DNA of 63,239 bases, counting the filler, from Pseudobdellovibrionaceae bacterium (GTDB lineage: Bacteria; Bdellovibrionota; Bdellovibrionia; Bdellovibrionales; UBA1609): NCBI GenBank assembly GCA_030591685.1. It is 4 parts of 4 records of this genome, joined end to end, with 100 filler letters (N's around TTAATTAATTAA, not from the genome) between each part and the next. Parts side by side here need not be neighbours in the genome. Positions count along the whole stretch, not along the records: positions 1 to 28,872 come from JAUVAX010000001.1; 3 more parts are not named here. One strand, written 5' to 3'. Shown one piece after another: positions 10,051 to 20,261 of this stretch. A program made the position numbers and the translations under genes. Below the pieces are notes generated by a model. It was given only the letters and a program-made list of their open reading frames with translations. It was not told the origin of the DNA and did not search any database. Every line of letters starts with the position of its first letter. The first letter of the stretch is position 1.

Positions 10051-10740
10051 ATGGAAAATATCGAAACATATTCAATAAAGTACTCCTTTCGCCCTGAAGA
10101 TAATGTGTTAACTGAGTATGAGGTTGTCATTAACGAATCCGACCTCACCCTTGTACTTAATCTTAAAGAAAAACCCGAGTGGACGAAGCTTGATGAAAAC
10201 AAGTGTGATGTGTGCCCCCATAACAGCTCTACATCCCCCCACTGCCCGGCAGCTTTGAGTTTAGCTCAGTTTATCAAGGACTTTTCAAACGAAAAATCCT
10301 ATAAAATGTGTAATGTTGCCGTAGAGACCCCTGAAAGAACGTATTTTAAGTACACCTCTTTACAAAGCGGTATTTACTCTATTATGGGTTTAATTTTAGC
10401 AACAAGCGGATGCAAGGTGCTGGGTGTTCTAAAACCTATGGCACGCTTTCACCTCCCATTTGCTACAGATGAAGAGACTATAATGAGATCATTGAGCTTT
10501 CATTTAACTCGTAGTTATCTTAATAACCCTAAAAAAGGGACCTTTGATATATCCGAACTCTCGACTATTTATGATAAAATCAATAAAGTAAATAAAGGGC
10601 TTTTAGAGCGTATTCGATCCTTTTCTGACAGAGATGCCAACAAAAACGCACTTGTTGTTCTGGATGCTTTTGCCTCTATGCTTACTTTTGCTATCGATGA
10701 TAATTTTGAGGATTTAGTAAAACGCTTCCCTTTTGACTGA
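10051..10740 (+). CDS. Conserved hypothetical protein (DUF6901-like)
   Basis: PEWTKL...CxxCP...HCPAA; V.TPERTY; GL.LATSGC; KPMARFHLPFA. Confidence 0.7.
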   Translation: MENIETYSIKYSFRPEDNVLTEYEVVINESDLTLVLNLKEKPEWTKLDENKCDVCPHNSSTSPHCPAALSLAQFIKDFSNEKSYKMCNVAVETPERTYFKYTSLQSGIYSIMGLILATSGCKVLGVLKPMARFHLPFATDEETIMRSLSFHLTRSYLNNPKKGTFDISELSTIYDKINKVNKGLLERIRSFSDRDANKNALVVLDAFASMLTFAIDDNFEDLVKRFPFD

Positions 10741-10820
10741 TAGTGTCTAAACATACCCTGGAGAATTATTATAAAAGCCTGTAATGTGTTTTTTTAATAT
10801 TCTAACCCTAGGGAGTAAAC

Positions 10821-11402
10821 ATGGCTGTCTTAACTGGAAAACAAGCCCCAAATTTTAAAACCCAAGCTGTAATAAAAAATGACTTTAAAGAACTGTCTCT
10901 CAGTGACTTTAAGGGCAAATATGTTGTTTTATTCTTTTACCCTTTGGACTTTACTTTTGTTTGCCCCACAGAGCTTGTGGCCTTTCAAGAAAAGTTAAAC
11001 GAGTTTAAAGAAAGAAATACTGAGCTTCTAGCGTGTAGTATTGATAGCCATTTCTCTCACCACGCTTGGCTGAACACCCCAAAAGCAAAAGGGGGGATTG
11101 AAGGCGTTGAGTACCCATTACTCGCTGATATCGGAGGTAAAATTGCCGAAAGCTATGATGTGCTCTCACCAGAAAACATAGCCTATAGAGGTTTATTTTT
11201 AATTGATAAACAGGGCATTGTCCGACATCAAGTGGTCAATGACCTACCCCTTGGCCGAAATGTTGATGAAGTTTTACGCATGGTTGATGCTCTTCAGCAC
11301 ACTGAAAAACATGGAGAAGTCTGCCCGGCCAATTGGAACAAAGGCTCTGAAGCCATTCAAGCTACGAGTGAAAGTGTTAGCAGTTATTTAGCAAAAAAGT
11401 AG
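10821..11402 (+). CDS. ahpC: 2-Cys peroxiredoxin (AhpC/TsaA)
   Basis: FYPLDFTFVCPTE and GEVCPANW. Confidence 0.96.
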   Translation: MAVLTGKQAPNFKTQAVIKNDFKELSLSDFKGKYVVLFFYPLDFTFVCPTELVAFQEKLNEFKERNTELLACSIDSHFSHHAWLNTPKAKGGIEGVEYPLLADIGGKIAESYDVLSPENIAYRGLFLIDKQGIVRHQVVNDLPLGRNVDEVLRMVDALQHTEKHGEVCPANWNKGSEAIQATSESVSSYLAKK

Positions 11403-11451
11403 AACTTGATCTTAGGGCGTATCTATACGTTTACCCCAGATAGCTTAAGTC

Positions 11452-11486
11452 AAAAAAAAACGGTCCTCTTATTGGACCGTTTTTTT
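11452..11486. terminator. Bidirectional rho-independent terminator between ahpC and cheY
   Basis: A9-cggtcc-tcttatt-ggaccg-T7 between convergent genes. Confidence 0.85.
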
Positions 11487-11505
11487 ATTAATAAACCCTT
11501 TAGCT

Positions 11506-11901
11506 TCAAGGGTTTATTTTTTTGTACGTGTCTTGTAGCTTTCTTTTTAAAATCTCAACAGTAAATGGCTTTACAATGTAGTTATCAACACCCGCTTCGA
11601 GTGCCTCTTTAACCTGTGAAACTTCAGACTCTGCTGTGAGCAAAATAAACGGGAGCTGATTAAAATCCTGACTAGCTCGTATTTTTTTAAGAAACTCAAT
11701 CCCTGTTACATTGGGCATATTCCAATCACAAATAATAAGCCCGACATTTTCAGGGCTTTCTTTCAAACGATCCCAGGCTAGACCTCCATCGGCCACCTCC
11801 ATAAACTCTTCAAAACCCAGTTCTCTGAGTGACTTAATCACTATCTTTCTCATTGTTGCCATATCATCAACGACAAGTACTTTTATTCCGGTATCAAACA
11901 T
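11506..11901 (-). CDS. cheY: Chemotaxis response regulator CheY
   Basis: VVDD, CDWNMP, LLTAE, YIVKPF; last gene of che operon. Confidence 0.95.
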   Translation of the reverse strand: MFDTGIKVLVVDDMATMRKIVIKSLRELGFEEFMEVADGGLAWDRLKESPENVGLIICDWNMPNVTGIEFLKKIRASQDFNQLPFILLTAESEVSQVKEALEAGVDNYIVKPFTVEILKRKLQDTYKKINP

Positions 11902-11947
11902 ATTTATCCTCGCTTACTTAATTCTTGAGATAATTATAACTAAATTA

Positions 11948-12433
11948 TTAACCCTGTACAATTATTTCTAAATAAAATGGTCCAAATTCAGAATTAAAAG
12001 GGACTATTACACCTTCACTAGGCTTCTCTAACTGTTCTTTTATTTCATCCCCACGTAATACCTTAGCAATTGTGGGTTTAAACTCATATTTATGAATTTT
12101 TAGCACCGTTTTAGCCTGACCAAATACCATACTCATAATCTCAGAGGCACAATCCTCTATTTTAGGCTCAATATTCTCAAGTTTCTCGCCTGAAACCCCT
12201 TTATAAATTTCTAAAAACACCTGTTTAGAAAAATACATATTAACAGTGCCTGAAAATTGCTCACAATCTAACTTCAAACTCCCTGCAATACTTAAGTCCA
12301 GATCCGGAGCATGTCTTTTTTGAGGCGCACCTTGGGTTACAGTTACCTTAGCTTGTACTGCAAAGACATCAACAACCCCACATAAAAAGGGCGTTAAAAA
12401 TATATTATCTATTATGCTTTTAGGTCTATTCAT
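11948..12433 (-). CDS. cheX: CheX-family CheY-P phosphatase
   Basis: CheX fold pattern (PF...V.DVF; EDCASEIMSMVFGQAK; VPF.SEFGPFYLEI) and operon position; ExxN reads ExxS here. Confidence 0.8.
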   Translation of the reverse strand: MNRPKSIIDNIFLTPFLCGVVDVFAVQAKVTVTQGAPQKRHAPDLDLSIAGSLKLDCEQFSGTVNMYFSKQVFLEIYKGVSGEKLENIEPKIEDCASEIMSMVFGQAKTVLKIHKYEFKPTIAKVLRGDEIKEQLEKPSEGVIVPFNSEFGPFYLEIIVQG

Positions 12434-12447
12434 TTTTTACTTAACTT

Positions 12448-13941
12448 TCACGATGCATTCTTGTTTAAAATTCTCAACTTCGCACAAAGCTCCTCTGAGA
12501 TATCAAGAATACCCAAAACAGCCATGCTAGCTCCGATTTCATAGGCCACCTTAGGCATTCCCCAAACTACGCTTGAACTTTTATCCTGTGAAATCGTGTA
12601 ACAGCCTGACTCCTTCATCTTTAAGAGTCCCTTGGCCCCATCAGACCCCATCCCCGTGAGTATAACTCCAACAGAAGGTACGCTCAGTTCAGCAACCGAG
12701 TTAAACAAACGGTCTACTGAGGGGCTGTGCCTATCCACACCTTCAGTTATTAAGTTTACAAGCCTATGCCCCGCTTTTTCGACAACTGTCATGTGAGTCC
12801 CACCGGGCGCTACATATGCAACCCCTGGGAGTACTAATTCGTCATGCTCGGCCTCTTTTACAGTAAAATTGCAAAATTCATTTAGCCTCACAGCAAACGC
12901 CTTTGAAAAATAAGCAGGGATATGTTGAGAAATTAAAATAGGGGGTATATTGTCCGGCAACCCAAGAAGAATTTTTTTAATAGCCTCTGTTCCCCCTGTG
13001 GAGGCTCCAATAGCTAAAAGGCCACCTTCATGAAACGTAAATTGAGTGTTTGCTGGCTTATATTTCTTGGGCTTTCTTTTTTTAACATAGGACTCTCTCA
13101 ACCCAAGACTTGGGTTAGAATTACTCGCCACTAAGACTTTTTCACGCAAAACAGCACCTAAACTCTCTAAACTCTCCATAGATGGCTTTTGTATGTAATC
13201 AATAGCTCCATTTTCAAAGGCCTCCAAAACAGAAGAACCATCAGAAATATTAACCGACGTCACCATAATTGTAGGTATTTTATATTTTGGAAAATATTCC
13301 TTTAAAAATTCAACTCCTGTCTTTTCAGGCATATTAATATCTAGAGTGATCACATCGGGTTTTTCTATATCAATCAAGTGCTGAGCCTCTTTCGCATCAG
13401 CAGCCTCACCAATGATAGTAAATTTATCATCCACCTCTATTAGGTTTTTTAGGATTTTTCGTATGGTTGCTGAGTCATCGACGACGAGAACCTTTACCTT
13501 TTCCTCTGAAGTCACATCATCATGTAAAACCTTAGCTAACCTTAATTTATTTATATCCACATAAAATAAAACTTCATAGTCCTCACCAACTTGTATGATT
13601 TTGCCCTTATACTCCACTTTTAATTCATTGAACTGTTCTTCGATAGAGGACAAATAAAAACCTGTTGAAATAAACTTTACATGGGTAGTTCTTATGTCTT
13701 TCACAAAATTTAATTCTTTAAAATCATCAATAAATCGAGCCAATTGATTTACAAACTCCTGTCCAGGCTCACCTTTATAATAGAAGACACCCTTAGGTTT
13801 GTTATAGTCACCCATTAAACAAACTAGGCAGCCAGAAAAATCAGCTATATGAAGAATTTGATTGTTCTTTAAATAAAAAACCCCAGCTTCATTAACTACG
13901 GTGATTTCACGATCATGCTGCACTTTCCTCACCTTCCTCAC
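12448..13941 (-). CDS. cheB: Chemotaxis methylesterase CheB with N-terminal CheD-like extension
   Basis: REC (VVDDS, DVITLDINMP) plus methylesterase motifs GASTGG, QHIP, LTGMGSDG; about 145-aa extra N-terminal domain. Confidence 0.93.
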   Translation of the reverse strand: MRKVRKVQHDREITVVNEAGVFYLKNNQILHIADFSGCLVCLMGDYNKPKGVFYYKGEPGQEFVNQLARFIDDFKELNFVKDIRTTHVKFISTGFYLSSIEEQFNELKVEYKGKIIQVGEDYEVLFYVDINKLRLAKVLHDDVTSEEKVKVLVVDDSATIRKILKNLIEVDDKFTIIGEAADAKEAQHLIDIEKPDVITLDINMPEKTGVEFLKEYFPKYKIPTIMVTSVNISDGSSVLEAFENGAIDYIQKPSMESLESLGAVLREKVLVASNSNPSLGLRESYVKKRKPKKYKPANTQFTFHEGGLLAIGASTGGTEAIKKILLGLPDNIPPILISQHIPAYFSKAFAVRLNEFCNFTVKEAEHDELVLPGVAYVAPGGTHMTVVEKAGHRLVNLITEGVDRHSPSVDRLFNSVAELSVPSVGVILTGMGSDGAKGLLKMKESGCYTISQDKSSSVVWGMPKVAYEIGASMAVLGILDISEELCAKLRILNKNAS

Positions 13942-15841
13942 TTAAACATTTATCCGATTCATATGAAAAGCTCGTCAAAGGTACGACTTCATCTGCAAAT
14001 TTTAATTTTTGTGTTTCCATTTTTGAAAACATTGAAAGGTCTTCAATAATTATATGAGCTTTTCGCCACTTCATAGCTCTATTAATTGTTGTTTGCGAGG
14101 ACTTTCCTAGCATTAAAATTGAGACCTGTTCTGGGCTCTGAGCGGAGAGTAAACTATCATGCATCACACCCGCGTCAGCAAAATAAATACGATTTACTTC
14201 AAGGGTACTTAACATACGGTCCTCTAGCTCTTCTACCCTAACGGTGTGCTTTGAAAACTCATTTTTAATTGAGTCAACTAAATTTCCAATCCCCTCAAAG
14301 AAAACAACAGTCGGTGGTTGAGGCGCTTTAAACTGTTTAAGTAGCGAGTATAGAACCTCTCTTTGGCCCACGTGTGCGTACACAACTCTTAATTTTTGAT
14401 TGGGATTATTAATAATTGGTGATTTTTGAAATGATCTGTCTAAATCTAAAACCTGTGCTTTTTTAGCATGTCTCATTTCGTAAGCTGAAAGAAGCTTTGT
14501 ACATAATTCATCCTCTAATAAGGGCAAATTTTGTAGTGACGGTTTTTCGATGTAATCAAAGGCACCGTGTTCAAAACACTTTAAAGCTAAATTTGCATCT
14601 TCACGTGAAACAGAACTCACCATCACAACAGGAGGATGATGGGGGCTGCTATTGGTGCGCAAATAATCTAAACCCGATTGATTAGGCATATGAATATCTA
14701 AGGTCATCACATCTGGCTTAAGGGTCTTAATTTTTTGAGCAGCATCTAACCCATCTTTAGCCGTACCTACTAATTCAAAATCGGGGCTCTTTGAGAGAAT
14801 TCTTTCTATAAGTTTTAATACCGTCGGGGAGTCATCTACAGCCATTACCCTAATTGCACGATCTAGGGTTGAAAAATCAGGTTCTTTATCTGGAGAGAGA
14901 ACCGGATCACTAGGGTCTACAGAAAATTGGGGTTGCACATGTGGATCCGCATATTCCGGTACAACCTCGATATTTCTTCTTCTCACATAATCTTCATTTA
15001 CATAAATACTGTGTCCAATGTGACTGACTGACAAACCTTGTGCCATTAAGCTCTCTGAGAGGCCTAAATACACTTCACCATGTGGCTGTAAGTATTTTAA
15101 AAAATTTCCTACAATTTTGTTAATCTGTGCTTGTTCAAAGTAAATAAACACATTTCTACAAAATATTAAATCAAATTTGTAGTCACCTATATAGTTTTGA
15201 AAGTTAAGTAAATTTAAAACAGCAAATCGAGTGCTTTTTTTTATAGAGGCATTCACCTTAACAAAATCTGAAATTTCACCAGTGCCTCTTGACCAGTGGC
15301 GACCTAAATAAACAGCGGGTATGGTTTTTATTTCCTTCCATTTATATACTCCATTATTTGAAATATCTATACAATCCTGGCTCACATCTGAACCAAATAT
15401 TTCATACTCCATAGAGGGATCAATAAGAGGTAGGTGATAATTTAAAAACATGGAAAGAGAGTATACCTCTTGCCCACGACTACAGGCTGCGGACCATATT
15501 GATATTTTATTTCGCCCCTGAGCCTTTACTTCTTTTACAATTTGCTTAAGACCTGATTTAGCTAAAAATTCAAAGTGTGGAAACTCTCTAAAGAAATAAC
15601 TATGATGAGTAGTTAATAATGACACGAGAGCTGCTATTTCAGTCCCCTCATTATTTCTTAAAAACTGCATATATTTATTAGGTGAAAAGCCACCCAGCTC
15701 TCTTAAACGCTTAGTTAATCTTGATTTAACAAGCGTATACTGCTTGGGCCCTAATTTAACCCCAGTAATTGATGAAATTCGATCTGATACCACTTGTATA
15801 AGCTCATCTAAGCTTAACTCTGCCTTCACTGCTGTCATCAA
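13913..15841 (-). CDS. cheR: CheR methyltransferase fused to REC and a degenerate CheB-like domain
   Basis: TTHHSYFFRE, IWSAACSRGQEVYSL, FDLIFCRNVFIYF; then CheB-type REC (VDDS, DVMTLDIHMP, DYIEKP). Confidence 0.9.
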   Translation of the reverse strand: MMTAVKAELSLDELIQVVSDRISSITGVKLGPKQYTLVKSRLTKRLRELGGFSPNKYMQFLRNNEGTEIAALVSLLTTHHSYFFREFPHFEFLAKSGLKQIVKEVKAQGRNKISIWSAACSRGQEVYSLSMFLNYHLPLIDPSMEYEIFGSDVSQDCIDISNNGVYKWKEIKTIPAVYLGRHWSRGTGEISDFVKVNASIKKSTRFAVLNLLNFQNYIGDYKFDLIFCRNVFIYFEQAQINKIVGNFLKYLQPHGEVYLGLSESLMAQGLSVSHIGHSIYVNEDYVRRRNIEVVPEYADPHVQPQFSVDPSDPVLSPDKEPDFSTLDRAIRVMAVDDSPTVLKLIERILSKSPDFELVGTAKDGLDAAQKIKTLKPDVMTLDIHMPNQSGLDYLRTNSSPHHPPVVMVSSVSREDANLALKCFEHGAFDYIEKPSLQNLPLLEDELCTKLLSAYEMRHAKKAQVLDLDRSFQKSPIINNPNQKLRVVYAHVGQREVLYSLLKQFKAPQPPTVVFFEGIGNLVDSIKNEFSKHTVRVEELEDRMLSTLEVNRIYFADAGVMHDSLLSAQSPEQVSILMLGKSSQTTINRAMKWRKAHIIIEDLSMFSKMETQKLKFADEVVPLTSFSYESDKCLSEEGEESAA

Positions 15842-15872
15842 TCCCTCATTTATTAAAAAATATTAATATCTA

Positions 15873-17390
15873 CTAAATGTCCTCAAACCGAGGATCGTCA
15901 TCAGAAGGTATTTCCTCTCCACCCACTGCTAATTTCTGTGTTCCCTTAGCCCCGTAGGCACTCTTGGCTGTAGAGGTATTTTTAACCTCTGGTCGACTTA
16001 GGGGTATAACGTTTTCACGCTCCAGGTCTTCATCTGGCAATATGCTACCATAATCAATGTCATTTTCACTAAACTCTTCTAACCTCTCTTCTACAGAGTA
16101 ATTATCAGAATTTCGACTGACGCTTGAATCTGTCTGCTGTAATAATTCATCTACAGCCAATGATGAATAGTCAGTCCTACCTTCAGTAGTATTGGGAACG
16201 CTAAAGTCCGCATCCGTATCCATATACAGATGCTTTGATCGTCCAAAAACTTCCACTTCTAAATCAGTAATACTATTATTCAATCCACCTGTTTGCTCAA
16301 TTAAGTTTGCTGAATACTCTAATGTTTTATAAGCGGTGTCTGCGTTACTGTGAGTTGACTCATCTAATTCATTCATGGCAGAGGATATATTGCTTACACC
16401 GTCGGCTTGTTGCTTAGCCCCTTCTGCAATTTCACCAATCATCCCGTTAACTATATTTACATTTTTGACAACATCATCTAAGACTTCACCACATTTTTTT
16501 GCTACAACAAAACCGGCCTCTACTTTATCTTTACCATCCTCGACAAGACCTTGAACATTTTGATTGGTTTTTTCTACTATATCTTCAACTTTACTAATAC
16601 TTTCAGAAAGCATAAGGCCAATTTCTTTTGCCGCATTACCGCTCATTTGCGCTAAAGACCCTACTTCTTCGGCCACTACAGCAAAGCCCTTTCCGTGCTC
16701 ACCAGCTCTAGCTGCTTCAACAGAGGCGTTAAATGATAGTAATTTCGTTTGAAACACAATGTCGTTAATAACTTTTGTTTTATCAGAAATCAAAGTAATG
16801 ACATCTACAATTTCTGTGATTTGGGTGTTGCTGGTATTAATCGACTCCATGATATTATTATTACTTATATTTATTTCTTCCATAGCACGAACCATATCAT
16901 CGACAGCTTTATGACCCTCTGTCGCCATTTTACTTGAGTGCTCAGACAGCTCACTTGATTTTACAGCATTATCAACACTACGGCTCACCATTGCATTAAT
17001 TTCATTTAACGTGGCCACTGTTTCTTGAATAGCAGAGGCCTGCTCAGTAGTTGCCGACGAGACACTCTGCGCGGCATCTTTTACATGATCAGTGATGTTG
17101 TTGGCATTATCAGAAAACTTTCTAATGTCACTAAATGTTCCTCTCAATGACCCCATAATTACTAATGCAGAGATTAAACAATACGATAGAACTATTGTCC
17201 CTGCCACAGAGACCATGTCCATATCATTCGACAAGTAATTTATAACATGACCATACAACTCTGAAAAATCAGAAGTCTTATGCTTAATGCTGGCATTATA
17301 ACCTATGAGGAAAACTCCAGGCAATACCCCCGCAAGAATATGACTGATAATCAACTTCATTTGTAGGTTAAAAAGTTTATACCGCTTCAT
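15873..17390 (-). CDS. Methyl-accepting chemotaxis protein
   Basis: Two TMs; [32 protein letters not shown]-terminal DDPRFEDI pentapeptide-like tether. Confidence 0.95.
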   Translation of the reverse strand: MKRYKLFNLQMKLIISHILAGVLPGVFLIGYNASIKHKTSDFSELYGHVINYLSNDMDMVSVAGTIVLSYCLISALVIMGSLRGTFSDIRKFSDNANNITDHVKDAAQSVSSATTEQASAIQETVATLNEINAMVSRSVDNAVKSSELSEHSSKMATEGHKAVDDMVRAMEEINISNNNIMESINTSNTQITEIVDVITLISDKTKVINDIVFQTKLLSFNASVEAARAGEHGKGFAVVAEEVGSLAQMSGNAAKEIGLMLSESISKVEDIVEKTNQNVQGLVEDGKDKVEAGFVVAKKCGEVLDDVVKNVNIVNGMIGEIAEGAKQQADGVSNISSAMNELDESTHSNADTAYKTLEYSANLIEQTGGLNNSITDLEVEVFGRSKHLYMDTDADFSVPNTTEGRTDYSSLAVDELLQQTDSSVSRNSDNYSVEERLEEFSENDIDYGSILPDEDLERENVIPLSRPEVKNTSTAKSAYGAKGTQKLAVGGEEIPSDDDPRFEDI

Positions 17391-17400
17391 TTTTTACCCC

Positions 17401-17913
17401 TTACGCTGCCTTTTTTATTGATGATTGTATTGCTTTACGATCTTCAATATCTAATACTTGAGCGATATTTAACAGTAAAATTAAATGCTCATCCTTTCTA
17501 TAAACGCCCTCTATGTATTCAGTATTTTTTGTACTATCAATTTTTGGCGTTTCATTCACTTCACTTAAATTAAGAGTCAGCACATTATTCACCGAGTCTA
17601 CAACAACACCTAAGAATATAGGGTCTAGATCTACAATGATAACCGCTGAATCTTCATCATTTTCTTTTTTTCTATTAATATTTAATTTACTACGAAGATC
17701 AATAACTGAAATCACCTGACCACGTAAGTTCATTATCCCTAAAAAATGTTTTGGGGTGAAAGGTACGGGTGTTGTTTCAGGCCTCGCGATAACCTCTCTG
17801 ACTTTCAACAAAGGGACGGCATATGTTTCTTCCCCAAGAGAAAACTCAAGGTATCTCTTTAGCATTTCATCATTAACCATGTCTTCTTCTTGTACTTTAC
17901 TATAATCAGCCAT
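17401..17913 (-). CDS. cheW: Chemotaxis coupling protein CheW
   Basis: F.LG.E.YA, TPVP..P...LG.MNLRGQVI.VIDLR, GVVVDSV. Confidence 0.96.
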   Translation of the reverse strand: MADYSKVQEEDMVNDEMLKRYLEFSLGEETYAVPLLKVREVIARPETTPVPFTPKHFLGIMNLRGQVISVIDLRSKLNINRKKENDEDSAVIIVDLDPIFLGVVVDSVNNVLTLNLSEVNETPKIDSTKNTEYIEGVYRKDEHLILLLNIAQVLDIEDRKAIQSSIKKAA

Positions 17914-19946
17914 TATGCGGCTCCCACTTGGTTTTTAATTTGTGTATTTTTAACGCTTAATAAATCTGTTGAAAACAGTTCGTTGAGATCTATAATAATA
18001 GAGGGCAGCCCGTCACCTAAAATAGCACTGTCGATCATGCCCTTTTTTCTTTTAATCTCTTCTCCGAGCTTTTTAATAACAACCTGTTGCAGTCTTGAAA
18101 TTTCATCTACAAACACTGCATAACTTTGCCCATTATTTCGAACAATAGCTACAATACCTTCCCATACGTTTTCAAATTGATGCTCAACGCCTAGCGCATC
18201 CCCTAACTTAAATACAGGCATTACCTCGCCCCTTAGAGTTAACATATCCCCAAGTCCGGTAACACGAGTGATGCTCTCTCGCTTTGGCTGTAAAATTTCT
18301 TGTACTTGAGTCATTGGGAAAACAAATTTGTTTCCGCTTAGCTCAACAATCATACCTTCAATAATTGCTAAAGTGAGTGGTAGTACAACTCTAAAAGTCG
18401 AGCCTTCGCCTTTTTTTGTTCTGACGCGGACTTCACCACTTAAGCCTTGTATATTAGTTTTAACAACGTCCATCCCAACACCTCTACCTGAAATCTCGGA
18501 GACCTTTGCTTTGGTGCTAAAACTCGGTAAAAATATTAAATTAATTATTTCTTCTTCACTTAAAGTTGAACCTTCTGAAATTATACCCTTTTCTATGGCC
18601 TTTTTCTTTATAACCTCGGCGTCAATACCTAAACCGTCATCAGAAATTTCAATAACAAGGGTATTACCTTCATGATAGGCATTTAACTCGATGGTCCCAG
18701 TTTCTGGTTTTCCTGACACGACTCGCTCTTGTGGTGTCGATTCAAGACCATGATCTACTGCGTTTCTAATAATGTGCACAAGAGGATCACCAAGGTGCTC
18801 TAAAACTGTTTTATCAACTTCAGTGGTCTCCCCATTAATAACAAGGTTGACCTTTTTCCCTAGAGCGTTTGATGTATCTCTAACAATTCTTTGCATTTTT
18901 TGAAAGGTTTGCTTGATAGGGACCATTCTTAAGCCCATTGATATAGCCTGAATTTCTTTTGAAAGCTTATCTAACTGCCCAATTGTTTTTTGAATCAACT
19001 CTGATTCAACGAGTGATTTGTGTTGATTTAAAACTGTTTGTAAAATAACCAGTTCGCCCACGAAATTATTTAGCAATTCTACTTCTCGAAGTTTAACTCG
19101 AATGGTTTCGTCAATTTGTTTTTTCTTACTGGTTCCGCTTTTATCTGAGGGGTCATCATGAGAGTGATCATCATCACTCTGAACGGCTTCTTTCATAACT
19201 TGATTTAGAACCTTTTGCTGATGATCTAAACTCACCTCTTCGACTTTACTATTAGATGCATTGTCACCAGACGTTGAGATATTATCTAAATCCTCTTCGT
19301 CAATTTGGGTTGTGTATTTTTCGACTTCCTCGGCTATGGCTTGTTGCTTTTTAGCCTCTTCATCTCTTTCATTATCAAATTCTTTAAGTTTATTAATAGC
19401 TCCTAAGTCAAAGTCACTATTAAGATTACTTTCAAGGCTACTCTCTGAAGGGTCTGCGGCTGCAAACACATCTACCTTTTTTACCTCTGAATCTGTAGTA
19501 CTTTCAGAAGTGGCGTTTGCTGTTTCTTCATTCTTTTCAGCTGATTTTGCAAGGCCAACATTTTGATTAACTGTTGAATGTATTTGAGCAATAATTCGGG
19601 AGGAATCAAACGTAGCCTCCATATCTTCTTGTAAGGCTTCAATTAACCCTCTTAAGTAATCATTACACTTCAATAATAAAGTCACTATTTCAGTATCAAC
19701 AGTCAGCTGGCCTACTTTTAACATGAGTAGCATGTTTTCAAGCTCATGAGTAAACTCGGCAACATCTCCAAACCCAACAGCCCTGGATGTCCCTTTTATG
19801 TTATGTGCCAATCGAAAAATACGATCTAATAATGAGGTATTATCATCGCTTCTCTCTAGGTCCAAAAAAGCCTGCTCAGTATCATCGAGCAACTGAATTG
19901 ATTCTTCTAAAAAACTAAGTTTTAACTCTTTTTCTAATTCATCCAT
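17913..19946 (-). CDS. cheA: Chemotaxis histidine kinase CheA
   Basis: Hpt FRLAHNIKG; HIIRNAVDHGLE; SGRGVGMDVV; C-terminal CheW domain; acidic linker in place of a recognisable P2. Confidence 0.97.
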   Translation of the reverse strand: MDELEKELKLSFLEESIQLLDDTEQAFLDLERSDDNTSLLDRIFRLAHNIKGTSRAVGFGDVAEFTHELENMLLMLKVGQLTVDTEIVTLLLKCNDYLRGLIEALQEDMEATFDSSRIIAQIHSTVNQNVGLAKSAEKNEETANATSESTTDSEVKKVDVFAAADPSESSLESNLNSDFDLGAINKLKEFDNERDEEAKKQQAIAEEVEKYTTQIDEEDLDNISTSGDNASNSKVEEVSLDHQQKVLNQVMKEAVQSDDDHSHDDPSDKSGTSKKKQIDETIRVKLREVELLNNFVGELVILQTVLNQHKSLVESELIQKTIGQLDKLSKEIQAISMGLRMVPIKQTFQKMQRIVRDTSNALGKKVNLVINGETTEVDKTVLEHLGDPLVHIIRNAVDHGLESTPQERVVSGKPETGTIELNAYHEGNTLVIEISDDGLGIDAEVIKKKAIEKGIISEGSTLSEEEIINLIFLPSFSTKAKVSEISGRGVGMDVVKTNIQGLSGEVRVRTKKGEGSTFRVVLPLTLAIIEGMIVELSGNKFVFPMTQVQEILQPKRESITRVTGLGDMLTLRGEVMPVFKLGDALGVEHQFENVWEGIVAIVRNNGQSYAVFVDEISRLQQVVIKKLGEEIKRKKGMIDSAILGDGLPSIIIDLNELFSTDLLSVKNTQIKNQVGAA

Positions 19947-19983
19947 TATTTTTTACCTTAAGCATTTAACGCTCTTAAGTTCT

Positions 19984-20010
19984 ATTTCGGAAGTTTTAAG
20001 CCCCAACTGA
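19984..20010 (-). promoter_or_regulatory. Putative sigma-28 (FliA) promoter of che operon
   Basis: Minus strand TCAG-N15-TCCGAAAT, about 38 nt upstream of cheA ATG; resembles TAAA-N15-GCCGATAA. Confidence 0.6.
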
Positions 20011-20261
20011 GTTTTAATTCGTAGCCATAAAAAGAACTAGACTTTTGCCAAGACAAAAAAATACAAACATTTAATTAAATTCTAGTATTAGACTCTATAT
20101 ATATGATCATTTATTGAAGAATTTGTTCGTTTTTTGAAGTTACCAGAAGTATGAATTTATTTAAGTGTCTCAAACTAAGTCAGAACGATTCAAAAAAAAT
20201 TAAAAAGAAGATGACCCTAAAGCCCTGTCAGTGCTCATCAATTGTAGAATTACTTTAAATA

